Shown: piece by piece, positions 48,801 to 61,150 of the stretch
Position numbering within the stretch: the first letter of the stretch is position 1
Layout of the letters: each line of letters begins with the position of its first letter
Assembly (NCBI RefSeq): GCF_018350175.1
Contig: NC_058373.1
Location: 114,144,001-114,208,000 of the forward strand
DNA: 64,000 nucleotides
Reading direction: 5' to 3'
DNA from: Felis catus
Taxonomy: Eukaryota
Notes under the pieces: model-generated
The model's database searches: none
What the model was told of the DNA's origin: nothing
Seen by the model: the letters and a program-made list of their open reading frames with translations, nothing else
Program-made: the position numbers and the translations under genes

Positions 48801-50159
48801 ATAAAGAAAGCTGACCTCTTTGCCCCCTGCCCCCGCTTCTCTCTACATCGCATGCCTGACCATTAATATTTTTACTAGAAACTGGACAGACTGACTCTTG
48901 CTTTCTCCCTAGTGTATCTTCATGATGGGCTTCAAGATATTGCTAAAAAGATGCTTTTTTTTTTTTCAGGAGAATGTGCTCAGAGGAAGCAATGGCTCCC
49001 CTGTGTGTCTTTCTCCATCAGGTTATCCCAATGCATCTGAGGAGTGTGACCCAGATCTCTTCTTTCTTGGGGTGTTTTGCTACTCCCATCCTCCCCTAGT
49101 ATCACTGTGGCCACAAGCCACTCTTGCTGAGGGAGGTATATCTACTTTCATCCCGTGGATATGCTGGGTGGAAAATTGGGGGACTACTTTTCTAGAGCAA
49201 GGTAAGCTTGCTCCCTCTTCTTGGGGCCAACCCCCCACATTCCCTGGGTTTTGTCACCCTTCTCTCCTGGCTTCTTTAGGCTGTACCACCAGGACTCACC
49301 CTTCCGTGCTACTGATGAGAAACTAATTTATGTGGCTTCTTACTAGAATACTAGCCCTGAAAAGGGAGGGATTTTGTTTCAAAGAGTTGATAACTTTTTG
49401 TTGAATGACTGGTTCCCAAGACACAGAAAAGCCCATTTTCATCTCTTATAGTCTGTACTAAAAATCCAGAGAATAAACAAGAAGGTGAACAATAAACAAC
49501 AAGTCCCATTGTCCACATTTATCATCCTTGTTAGATATTAGGAAAACAACACCAAGGCCAAATTTCAAAAGGCAGCAAAGTAAGTAAGCACAAAGCCAGG
49601 CCAGCCCCTTAAGCTTGAACACTCCTTGCCTCACATGCCGTTATGTCTGCGTCATACATCATGTGACCTTGACCCACTTGTAGAAAGCTCGTACTCATGG
49701 AGCACTGCAAGATCTTTCCCAATGCTGCCAGATCAACCACACTTTTCCATAGCTCTGTCCATAGACAGTCATGAGTTCATAGCATATACCTACTGAGCTT
49801 GGAGAAATCCCCAGTGCCTTGATGACTAGGAGAATGTTCTAGTCACTCTTCTCTCAAAATACCCATCAAACTCTGCTTCTGCATCTACTGTTTTTCTTGT
49901 ATCACTTCTCAGCTCTACAACCTGTAAAGCCCTCTTGTGTTCTGCAAAATCAAGTCCAAACTTCTCTGCTTGGCTTTCAAGATTCTTCATCATCTGTCCC
50001 ACCTTGCTTCTCCAACCTAATTTTGCATTACTCTTCAATGTGTACTCCCTCCCACCATCTATGGTCAGGCCATGTTGTTTATTGTCTTCCTGTGTGCTTT
50101 GCTTGCTCCTTTGTCAATATACTTGTTCTTGTTAATATCCTAAATAGACTCATATTTTC

Positions 50160-50495
50160 TTTTTTATTATTTAGTAGACTTCATTTTTTAGAAAAGTTTT
50201 TTGGTCACAGCAAAATTGACAGAAGTAAAGAGATTTCCTATACACCCCCTGACCCCACATATGCACAATCTCCTCCACTGTCTACATCCCCTGCCACAGT
50301 GGTACATTTGTTACAATCAATGAACCAATATTGACACATCATTATTGCCTGAAGTCCATAGTTTACATTAGGGTTCGCTTTTGGCGTTGTATGTTCTATG
50401 AGTTTGGACGGATGTATAATGACATGTATCCACCATTATAATAATATTATACAGAATAGCTTTATTGCCCTAAAAATTATCTGTGGTCTGCATAC
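50160..50495 (-). mobile_element. L1MC1-like 3' end
   Basis: GTCACAGCAAAATTGA, GGTACATTTGTTACAATCAATGAACC, AAGTCCATAGTTTACATTAGGGTTC. Confidence 0.85.
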
Positions 50496-51574
50496 TTTCT
50501 TTTTATTATTCTATTTTCTATCCCAGTTGTCATGGATAGTGCAATTTCTTCACAAAGCCTTTCCCAATGAGTGTAATCCACACCAATCTCTTCTTTCCCA
50601 GGACTCCTGCTGCATCCACAAGCAGGGCTACTTTGACTATGTCTTTATTGCATCTTTCCATATTAGCTCTGTCTCTGTAACTGGAGTGTAAGTACCTGGT
50701 ACTTAGATTCCCCCATTAGCCTGACCTATGACAGGAGTTCCATAAGCATGGCCATGACTTAGGGGCCCCATTCACGTTATATTCCTGGAGTTATGCAATG
50801 CCATCGCCCTGTTCACAAGTTCTTGGTGACTGAATAAAACCCAATCTCGGACCTGAAAAAGAAACGATGATCCTTATCATTATTTAGTTAAGTTCTTTAG
50901 GTGATTATTGAGTATCTACTATGTGCTAACCACCAATACCCAAATGAAAAAAGAAAAAACCGTAATCCTGCACTCAAAGGAATTATAGTCTAGTGACAGA
51001 AAAGTAAGTGGATCACCATAATACAATGTGAACACTGCTAAGATATGAATGTGTATAAAGAACATAGCTCTTGATATGTCTGAAGAATCAGCAGGAATTT
51101 GCCAGGTAGGTGAGTGCCTGCAGGACACTCAGCATGAAGGGACAACAGTGGAAAAATGAAAGCACATGACATATTTAGTGACTTGAAAGTGGTACAGTTC
51201 ATTTCTAGATGATAAACTCAGAAGTCCAGTGGTTAAGTGGCCGTGATCCCCAAGTAAACCTATAGAAATCACTGGCACAACACAGCTGTGTGCTCACTCT
51301 CAGTTACTGCTTCTGGAATCAGGAATAAAAGAACAAAGCCCTGTCCTGCTTAGCCATCTCTTGCTCTTCTGAGGACTGGAAGGGATAAGCTCCAGAGCCC
51401 CAGTGTATTTTTTCATTTACACTACCTTGTGTTGCTTTGTGCACGATAGAGTTTACCATCCAAGCAGTTGAGCTGGATCCTCCAGAGCCCTCACTGGATG
51501 GCCTCAGGAATGGGCAGTAGTTCTTCATAGGCCTTCTTTGAAAGCTTGCACCACTTAGACCTACCTCATAGATT

Positions 51575-51660
51575 ACTTCTTTCTTCTTTCTCCTTCTCCA
51601 CCTCCTCCTCCTTCTTCCTTCTTTTTCCTTCTCTGCCTCTTCTTCTTCTTCCCCATCTCC
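51575..51660. repeat. CT-rich polypyrimidine low-complexity tract
   Basis: Mixture of TTC and TCC units, almost purine-free. Confidence 0.85.
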
Positions 51661-53981
51661 TGATATTTTGCATATTGGAAGTCTGGTTAATCAGCTAAAA
51701 GCTAGTGTGGGCAAGAATAGAGCAGTTTCCACCCCATACCTGGCTTCTCTCCCCAACCCACTTACTACGTGGTTGTCATTAGCTGCCATGTTGGAGCTTG
51801 GACATGACTGGGCTTCCACAATGCATGGCCTAGTCCCAGACTGAGGAGAGGGTGTTGAGGTCTGGCTGGATGAAAGGGCTGAGGCCCAGTGTTGTGATTC
51901 TGGGCACCTCTAATTTCCCCTTGCTCTGTTTCTGCTCTGCGTCATCAGCGGGAGTTTGTTTAAGGCTTCTAGAGCTTGTCTTTGTTTCACCTGGGAAAGT
52001 CCCTGCAGGGAGAGCTAAGATCTCCCGAGGAATGGGCTGGAGCCCTGACCTCTGTCACCTGAATTGTTTGGACGAAGAAGCCCCCATAGGGGTTAGGAGG
52101 ATGATCAATTGGCAACTTAAGGAGTAAAGACCTCTCTCTCCCTCTCCTCCCTCTGCTTATTGTGTTCAGAAGGGCAGTGGGGTCAGCGGCAGCAAACTGA
52201 AGGGCCGACTAGCTGTGCCTTGAAAGGGGCTCGTTTTGTGTTTCAGTAATGAGCACTCTCTTTCTCCCCTTGGATGCACTCAGATTTCACGAGTTACAGG
52301 GAACCTGTCAACTGCTGTTTTCATTGTATGGGGTTCACAGGGAACTTGGGTATAGGGCAAGCTTGTTTCAAAGAAAGCAGGGAAAGAAAGTCCTGAATAG
52401 ATGCAATGTGCTGTCATATGCAGATCACAGCTCCAGTTGCTAGGGGACACCCCTGCCCGCCCAGAGGGCAAGACGCTGAACGTCCTGTATTGACGTGGCT
52501 GCCTCCTTGGAGATGGAAATGCCACTATTGAAAGGGCACAGCCAGCAGCCAACACTGCACTGCGACACTGCCATGGGCTCCCGGGTTTGCCACAGAGCCT
52601 AGCCTGACAGCGGCCTGAATCCCAGCAGCCTCTGCCCCCCACAGGCTGTTCAGTTGGGAACTCCTCACCCAGGAGCTGAGGCAACTGGCTAAGTAAGCCT
52701 GGAAGAGTAAAGAGAGGCTGGTAGACAGGGGTTCTCTTTAAGAGGCCCCAGACCTCTGCTTACAGAAGGGCCCCCAGGGGCTATGGTCAGGAACTGGAGC
52801 CTGATGTTAAAGACAGGTTTTCACCTTCTTTGTTTGTCATGCCCTCTGAGAACACTTGGCAATAACATTCCTTTCCTGATGGGTTCATTTTGTAGCTGAC
52901 GGACATTGTTTTGTTCCCGTTTACCTAAAGTGGCCCAGAGTAACAGGACAGGCTGTGCCAACGAGCAGGAAGAGCGAGCCTGCCCCTGGTGGCCCCTGGG
53001 TCCCCCTATCCAGGTCCCTCTGCCTTGTTGGCTCCTTGTTTTGCAATCCATTCCTCCAACCTGTGGAAACAGGGAGTAGCCAGAGGGCTGTCCGGCCTAG
53101 AGCAGAGCCCAGGGCAAGACCCATGGGGGAGTCTGAGATTAAGAGAGGGCCCAGAATCAAGATACTCTTCACGGGGCCCTTTGACTGTAGGAAAGAAAAT
53201 CTGGGATCAGACAAAGGCCAGAGGCATCTGGAGGAATTCATGGTAGGACCCAAGAGAACCAGGGCAGTATACTGGGAGAAATATGTTTCCAATGACTGTT
53301 TACCGAACACTCTACTCTAAAGGAGCAAAAGCCTGGCCCTGTCATCAAGGTGTCTGCATCTGGGTGCTGTGGCTAAGCAGAGAGGTGGGGCCCATGTCCT
53401 TGGCAACCTGTTGTGATCTTCTGGCTCTTTCTTTCACCCCCATGCCCACTTGTGCCACAGCTAAGCTTCTCCCTATGAAGGTTGCCAAGAGCAATACATA
53501 TGTCCAGAACCGTGCCCTCAAAGAGGCTTCCAATCTGGTGAGAGGGTAACTATTGTATATACAGGACTATCATTTATCATTGGCACTGTGGCCAATGCCC
53601 TAAAGGGAGAAGCCCTGTGGGCATCCCGAGGCCTTGGGGTGGATGCCTAGAGAGTCACACACACACAATCTCTCACTACTTCATGTTTGTGTTAGCTTTC
53701 CAGTTTACAAAGCACTCACATGGATGTCGTTTCTTCTCAACTTCACTCCAACCACTGAACGTGCTTTTTAAGCCTGAAAGCAGCTCCATGCAAATATAAG
53801 ACATAAGGACCCTTTCAGGAGGAGTCTTAAACACTGGCAGAGGTGAGAGAGGCAGGGACAGTCAACGAATGGTAAGCACAAGACTGGCAACGTTGTGAAT
53901 TAAGGCTAGAGAACCAGGCTGAACCCACACATGCTGCAGCACTGGGCTTGACTGAGTGGGATAGACAGTTCAGATGGTTAC

Positions 53982-54453
53982 TGTGTTCTTTTTCTATGGC
54001 TGCTGGAGCACATTGCCACAAACTTGTAAATTCATTATCTGACACTGATGGAGGTCAGAAGCCTGACATGGTGTCAACTGGGCTGAGATCCGGGGCATTG
54101 GCAGGGCAGCATTCCTCTCTGGAGGTTCTAGGGGAAAACCCACCTGCCTTGCCTTTTCCTGCTTCTGGGGGCCACCCACATTCCTTGGCTCATCCCTTCT
54201 TCCATCTGCAAAGCCAGCAGTGGTGGGTTGAGTCTTTCTCACATCTCATCACCCTGACCTCCTCTTCTGCCTCTCTCTATTTTTAAGGACCCCTGTGATT
54301 ACACTGGGCCCTCACAGATAACCCGGGACAATAGGTCCATTTTAAAGCCAGCCAATCAGCAACCTAATTCCTCTTTGCTTTATAAGGTAACATACTCCCA
54401 GGTTCCAGGAATTAAGAAAGGACATCTTTAAGAGGTGATTGTTCTTGCCTACT
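53982..54453 (-). mobile_element. MLT1D-like MaLR solo LTR
   Basis: GGAGGTCAGAAG, TAAGGACCCCTGTGATTACACTGGGCCC, GGTAACATACTCCCAGGTTCCAGGAATTA. Confidence 0.85.
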
Positions 54454-55539
54454 GAATTTGGTGATTAGGTTCATTGTTGTTGGTCAGTTATTAATTGTTT
54501 TGTTGGGTGGCTGTTGGTTTGCTGTTTTTGAGAGATGCCTCCCCAGCTCAGGTCTTCACTCAAGAGCCAGATAATCAAGACTGTTAGAAGAAGAGAAAAA
54601 TAAAAGTGAACAGTCTCTAAGGGGAAGAAGGGGCTGCTGGAGGTGGACACAGGAAGTGAACACTGATTTTCTCTCCCTGCCTAGCAGAATAAACCTATCA
54701 AGCACAGTCCCAAGAGCTGGTAAACTTGCTGTTCTGGGGTAGTTTGTTAGCCCACATACCCCCTCAGACCCTGGTTCACAGTTAGTTCATACTCTATATA
54801 GAAACTTGGCTTCAAGACCTTGGTTTTTGTCCCATGTCCTATGTCTAAGCCTCTGGCTTCAAAGCAGGAATGTTTGTAATCCATTTTGAAATGTCTGGTC
54901 AAACTTTTGAGATATTATTTCTAACTCAAATACTCCAGTGGGCTCTGCTAAGTGTCTAGTAGGCCCCTGGAGTCTCTCAACCCTGCAGTGGGTTTAAGTC
55001 TCTCTCCCACGCATCAGCCTTATCTCTGCCTCATGAATCCTACCCAACGACCTCCCAGATTTCATATCTTTGCAAGCTGAACTGTCAGCAGCTGCCCTGC
55101 TTTCTACCTTGTTGGGAGCTAATGCTTGCTCTTCAGGAATTCCGTCAAGACTTTCAAAATAAAACGTAGGCATTGGTCACTTGTTCTTGAGCTGTCCCTG
55201 CAACTGGGCAGTTCTTTGGTTGGATATCTTAGAGAGCCCCTTCTTTATGCCCTGCTGGGGACCTAGCTCCTTATTTCCTGGTTTCTTTGCCTGATGCTCC
55301 TGATCCCAGTTAGTCACCCAGATAATTCCTGGGGTACCTACCTGCAGACTGTCACCTGGCCTCTGGAGCTGGACTGTCCAGTCATTCTTGACAGCTGCTT
55401 ATCCTGACCTCCCAGTGAGTCCTGGCTTACATGACTGACCTTCATGTTGGTCTCTTTGATCTCAGTACCCCCTTGTTCCTGTAGAACTTGCCTTCTTATG
55501 TCCAAGCTGCCTGTGTTCCACCAACAGCACCATCAGCAG

Positions 55540-55760
55540 CATAATAAAGCCTAATGTTTGAGCTCTTAACTGCACACCAGGCACTGTGCACATTACCTAA
55601 TTTTACACTCTCAATGACCTTTGGAAGGACCCTGTGATGATGAGTACAAGTCCATTCTACAGGTGGAGACACAGAAGCACAGAGAGATTAAAAAGCTCAC
55701 CCAAGATCCTATAGGTCATATGTGGAGTCAGGATTCAAACGTAGGCCGTGCGGCACCAGC
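55540..55760 (-). mobile_element. MIR
   Basis: CCATTCTACAGGTGGAGACACAGAAGCACAGAGAGATTAA, CAGGATTCAAAC. Confidence 0.7.
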
Positions 55761-55779
55761 AGCCAGGGTGATCCGTGTA

Positions 55780-56262
55780 TATCAGCCCATGCCCCTCCTC
55801 TGCTCAGAGTCTTCCAGTGGCTCCCATCTTACCAGAGGCTTAGAGTGGCCTACAACCCCATGTGATCTAGACTTGCTCCTTCTTAGCCCTCACCTCCTGC
55901 TGTCCTCCTTCTCTCCTCCTCTCCAGCCACGCTGGACTCCTTGCTGTTCTTCAGGCAAGCCAGGCTCCTGTCTGCCTCAGTGTCTGTGTACTTGACAGTC
56001 CTTCTCCCTGATTGCCCTCCCCCAACCCTGTATCTTAGCTTATCCCCTTCTCAAGGAGGTCTTTTCTGACATTCTACATAAAGAAACAAAACACCCTACC
56101 TTTGCTGCCACCCCTACCCAAAGATTCCCTCTCCCCCTTACCTGGCTGATTTTTCTCCATAAAATTATCACCAAATAACACATGAGATAGATCCCTATTG
56201 TTTATTATCTGTCATTCTCACTGGGAACAAAGCTGTAGCATGTACCTGTTGAATGAATATAT
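55780..56262 (+). mobile_element. L2 3' region
   Basis: CCCTCCTCTGCTCAGAGTCTTCCAGTGGCTCCCATC, TCCAGCCACGCTGGACTCCTTGCTGTTC, TGTTGAATGAAT. Confidence 0.75.
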
Positions 56263-56506
56263 GAATCCCCCAAATTCCCCTCAGAAACCTGATGTTCTAA
56301 GGAGCCTCCACACACTGTCCAGATCCCAGGTCCCAACCTTTGCCTGCTGCCGGGTCACCAGGTGGAAGACCTTCCATTCAACTCACAGATAAAGATTTAG
56401 CTTCACTCTGGTGCTTAGTTCCTTCCATGTAGTCTGGCAAACAAGATCATGGAGCACATATTTCTGGGCTAAGGTCAATATTGTATTCTCATTGACTGCT
56501 CTACTG

Positions 56507-56546
<40 letters not shown>
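56507..56546. repeat. (TCTA)10 tetranucleotide microsatellite
   Basis: 10 perfect units counted. Confidence 0.97.
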
Positions 56547-56548
<2 letters not shown>

Positions 56549-57324
56549 ATCTGTTTATTTACTATGCTCACTCACCTGTTGAAGGGAATCCACAGCTTTT
56601 CCTCTACCCTCACCCTCTCTAGAAAGCCAGGGATGATAAGCAGCTACATCTTTACTAACAGCATTACTGGCCACACAGGTCAAATGCTCAGCCCTCAAAA
56701 CCATGTCCCACCCACTGGACATTTTTTAAAATAATAGAAGTGAGAAATCATTGTTAATTTCTCCCAAAAGAGAGCTCCTATCCTTCCATCCAGTACTTTA
56801 GCAGCCTGTGTGGGTAGCACCCAGAGGGCTGCTGGAGTGAGTACAGACCTCCATGTTGAGTACACCAGGCTGCCTAATGGTCAGTGGACCTTGGGCTAGT
56901 GAACAGGAGCGTGTTACTGAAACAGCCCTGTGGTTTGAGACCCCCACGGTACCAGGTTCTGGGCATGTTTCCCCTATCAATTTTTTTTCATTGCTAATGG
57001 CAAAATAACACCTATGATGACCTCATTAGTCAATTCCAGAAGTCTTCGAAGAGTGGTGAAAGCCTGCCAGTTTAGTCAGGGATTTTTGTCTCAAGCTGCT
57101 GAATGTGGGGGGTCTGGGGAAACAGGCCAAGGGGTCAAAGGGGCAGGAGGGCAAGGGAAGTCTTTTCGTCTAAACCCACTCTGAGGTTAGAGAAAAGGAA
57201 AATGTGTCTTTGACTGGTTTTCTAATTGCCTTAAAGTCTTGAACTAAAAAGACCTTAGCTCCCAAGAAGCTCCTCAAGAATGACTATTTCCTAAATGGGA
57301 AGTCATAGGACTGGGCTTAGATAA

Positions 57325-57585
57325 CAAGTGATACCATTTATTGAGCATCTGCTTTGTGCCAGTCATGTGGTAAGGACTTTTGATGTGTTTCCTTAGTGAG
57401 AGCTTCTCAGCCAGGAGCATTCTGTCAAAATTACTGAATCAGGAACTCTGTGAGGATGTTTTTTTTTTATCTCTAGCTGGAAAATGAGGAATTGAGTCTC
57501 TGAGAAGTTTGATGACTTGCTCAAGTTCATGTAGCTTCTAAATAGTGTGGCCAGAATCTGAACTTGGGTCTATCTAACTCCAAAA
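57325..57585 (-). mobile_element. MIR
   Basis: ACCATTTATTGAGCA, ATGAGGAATTGAGTCTCTGAGAAGTTTGATGACTTGCTCAAG. Confidence 0.7.
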
Positions 57586-58891
57586 CTTACACAAGTCCCC
57601 TCTGATGTCTCTCTGGAGCTCCCTGGACTCCATTTTTTCCCCCAGACTGAGAACCTGCAAAGGTTTGGGGTCTAGCTAATTTGGAGTGAAATAAGCTCAG
57701 TGGGTGCTTCTTTGGGTTTGGGACCCCACTTAGTAAGTTGAAATTGATTACCAAATCTCAAAACCCTGCCTGCTAAATTTCAGAACATGTTATGTCTCTT
57801 ATCCTATTACTTTCCCCACCACATACACACCCTCTTGCTGAGCTGGGATTATCCCAAAGAGGATGGCTAGGCAACTGCCAAAGCCCTCTGCCCTGCTCAT
57901 TCTAGAAACCAGCAGCTACCCCTGTAACCGGGTGGTTTGCCCACCAGGGAGCCAATTTGATCCTCTGTGGATCTCCAGGCTTTGGGGAATGAGATATCAA
58001 GACCCTCGCAGGAAGGTTGAGGATGCGTGAAGCTTAAAACCCTTGTTCTAAAGCAAGTCTCTTGGCATCATTTCCATGGCAGCTAGTGATGAGGAACAAG
58101 TCTTACCTTTTAGAGACATTAAAGCAGTGGGCATCACTAGCCCTGAGAGATTCAGGAAGGCATTCTTAGGGAAGCATCTGGGTATCAGTACTTTAGAGCT
58201 GCTGGGTAGGAGACATCCTTGCCACTTAACAATTAGATCAGTATTACTCCTCTGAACTCTATTGCCTGTGTTGCAAGCAAGATCTGGTTTGGACCTTGAT
58301 TTGGGGCGGGGGCACAATGTAGGGCCAGCAAGGGGTCAGAGGTGGGCCTGGGCTGGGTGAACTCTCTCTTGGCTCAGAATACATGCTTCTTTGCCAAGCT
58401 CACCACTGCCTTGGTACAACAGATCTCAGTGTGCGTATATTTCAAAAGCAAGAGAAAGCATTTAATTTTCTTTTATTTAGAAAAAAGTTCTGGATAAAGG
58501 AGGAATAAACAGGCCATTCTGTTTGTGGTTTGCTGAGATTCACTGAAAAGCAAGCTTGAGAGGCCAGCGCCTATGTCAAAACACGAGAGACCAATGCCCT
58601 CTCCAAGACTTGCATAAACAGAAAGAACTTAAAAGCTGACGGGGAGTTCTGGAGAGGGAAGTAGATTTTCCAGTTTGGCTCCCAAGTTTTTTCAGGCCTT
58701 GACCCTTACCCTAAAAGCCAGAGAACCAAACTCATCTCCATGATGACTGTAACTCAAGAAGAGACACCATGATACAAGGAGAGAAGGAAACAGATTTGCA
58801 TGGTCCAGGCTTGTGGGAACAGAAGAAACTGGCTGTCCCTCCAAAGCTACTGGGCCTTTCTTGTCCTGTGGCCCTATGATTTTAATCATTT

Positions 58892-59024
58892 CATTTATTT
58901 TTTTCTTTTTCAAGTTTTTATTTAAATTCCTGTTAGTTAACAGTTTCAGGTGAATTTAGTGATTCATCACTTACATACGATGCCCAGTGCGCATCACAAG
59001 TGCTGTCCTTAATCCCAATCACCC
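58892..59024 (-). mobile_element. 5'-truncated carnivore L1 (L1_Carn-like) 3' end
   Basis: Reverse complement contains GCACTTGTGATGCGCACTGGG and GTAAGTGATGAATCACTAAATTC; perfect 16-bp TSD ATGATTTTAATCATTT at 58876-58891 and 59025-59040. Confidence 0.9.
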
Positions 59025-59618
59025 ATGATTTTAATCATTTTAAAAGTGAAGGCCCAGCGTTAAAAAGGAATAACCAAAGACAAATCCTCACTCCTTTAGT
59101 CTAGAGGCTTCCACAGTGAAATGCAAAAATGTTATTCTTGTGATTTTACTCATCGTTCCTCTGAATTTTAGAATAAAAAATAAAAATAATAAAAAATCAA
59201 ATCCTTGGCTGGTCATTGCCATGGGGTTCTAAATCCCAGACCATAAGCCAGAGTTCCTACCTTCCACCCTTCACACCTTCCTCCCACTTCACCTGGATCC
59301 TACTCTGCAGCTTCTTGCCTTCCTCAACCTGGTCTTAGCCCTCTGCCCACCAACCATTAGACCTTTCCCTGCTCCAGGCACCTGTTTCCTCTCAAAATGA
59401 AAGGGTGAGGCTGGTCCCAGGATGCACTTCCAATCCTCCCTCTAAAAAGAATGTGTCGGATGGTACCTCCCTAGTGTCTTGCAGCTGAGGTCAGCCTCTT
59501 TGCTAATAAAGTGACCAACTCAGTCCATCTGCCCCACCTTTCCGGTTCTGTGCTTTGGAGTGTCTCGCTTTGCTTTTCTCCCTTTCTTGTCACACTTGGA
59601 GACAAAGAAAGTGTTCTT

Positions 59619-59789
59619 TTTTTTTTTTTTTTGGATTTATTAGTTTTATTGACAAGGTTTATAGGAACAAATTAAATATTTAAAATCAATGGCCAATTTT
59701 TAGGTCTCATTTAGTTGTTTATTCATTTGTATTTATCAAGAAACACGTCAGACCTGTGAAAGTACCTGCTAACGGCCAACATTTATCAT
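59619..59789 (-). pseudogene. Short retroposed poly(A)+ insert of unrecognised sequence (mRNA 3'-end retrocopy or orphan transduction)
   Basis: T16 at 59617-59632, minus-strand AATAAA signals, 14-bp TSD AAGAAAGTGTTCTT at 59605-59618 and 59790-59803, TCTT/AA endonuclease site. Confidence 0.8.
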
Positions 59790-60659
59790 AAGAAAGTGTT
59801 CTTAATGACAGTCAAGTTCTTCCAAGACATGTTTCTCTCAGTAAGGAAGCTGCTCCTAGATTCATAAAAATAAATCTCCTTGCATGGAAGGTAAAACTTC
59901 AATATAACTCTTTCTAAAAACTGGACTCATGTCTTAGAGGGACGGTGTGTTGTCTTTGCTTTTTCTGAAATCTACCCTCCAATCTCTGTCTGAATAGGCC
60001 TGGACATAGACACAGTGTCCTAAAATCATGAGTGATCATGACAATACTGGCAGTTACCGTTCATGGGTCACTGGTCATCTGCAGGCATGATGCTAACTAA
60101 GCATCTTATTGATTGCATGGCTTAGTAGCTTGCCCAAGCTGAGCCCACATCAGCCTGAGTGCAGAGTCCACTCTCTGATGCACTGCCCTAGAAGGTTCCT
60201 CTCTGCCTTCTCTAATTTCATCTACCTAGACCCTTCCCTATAGCAACCAACTGTCCAAGCATAGCCAGCCTCTTGGGACACCCTTCATGAGACATTGTCT
60301 GGTCCTACCTCAGGTTCACAGAGCCTCAGAACACCACTGTCTCCACTCAAGATCTCCTACTTACATAGCCCAGCTTCCATGCCTTGGGAGGGGCTCCCAC
60401 TGTGCACACCATAAATCTCCTGGCCTGCTTCACTAGTGGAAACTTGGTTGTAGAGACACTAAGCTCCGTCCATCTCCCTGAATACCTCCTCCAGGTCCAA
60501 TAGAACAGGTTTGCAATCCACCTTACAGCCATCACTCTATTCTTGAGTTAGAAAACCTGCATCCAAAAGGAACCAGTCCTTGCTCTGAGTGACCTGATTG
60601 TTCACTGAACACTGAGCATAGCTCTTCAGTATTGTTGGTGAATGGCAGAGAAGGACCTC

Positions 60660-61150
60660 AGGGCTCCGTCCTCAGACCTCCTCTCCTCTCTATCTTCATT
60701 CACTCTCCATGATTTCGTGCTGTTTCACAGCTTTCTATGACATCCATCTGCTAGCAGCTTCCAAATGGAATCTCTGGCCTGGACCTCTCCCCTAAATTCC
60801 AGAACTGCACAGCTAAGCACCCAATTGACACCCCCACTGGGCTATCTACTGGGCATGTGCAGATTAACATATCCAGATTCAAACCCTTGATTCTCCTCCC
60901 CCAACATGCATCTCTCTCCATCCCCCCCCATATCTGGAAAGGGTAATTCCATCCTTCCAACTGCTCAGGTCAAAAGCCTTGAAGTCATCCTTGCCTCCTC
61001 TGGGGATTTCGCTCCCCACATCTATCCCATTAGCAAATCCTGTTGGCAATTTCTTCAGAGTAAATCCAGAATCCAACAACCTCTTACCACCTCTATTGCT
61101 GTTTCACTGGTCAAAGTTACCATTATCTCTTGCCTAGATTATTGCAACTC
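60660..61150 (+). mobile_element. L2 ORF2 C-terminal fragment
   Basis: ORF 60906-61184 contains PISKSCWQFLQ and LVKVTIISCLDYCNS, a characteristic L2 motif. Confidence 0.85.

Noticed and set aside
57938..57955. CTCF-like CCACCAGGGAGCC
   Set aside because: Mismatched in the core; not supportable without a PWM scan or ChIP data.
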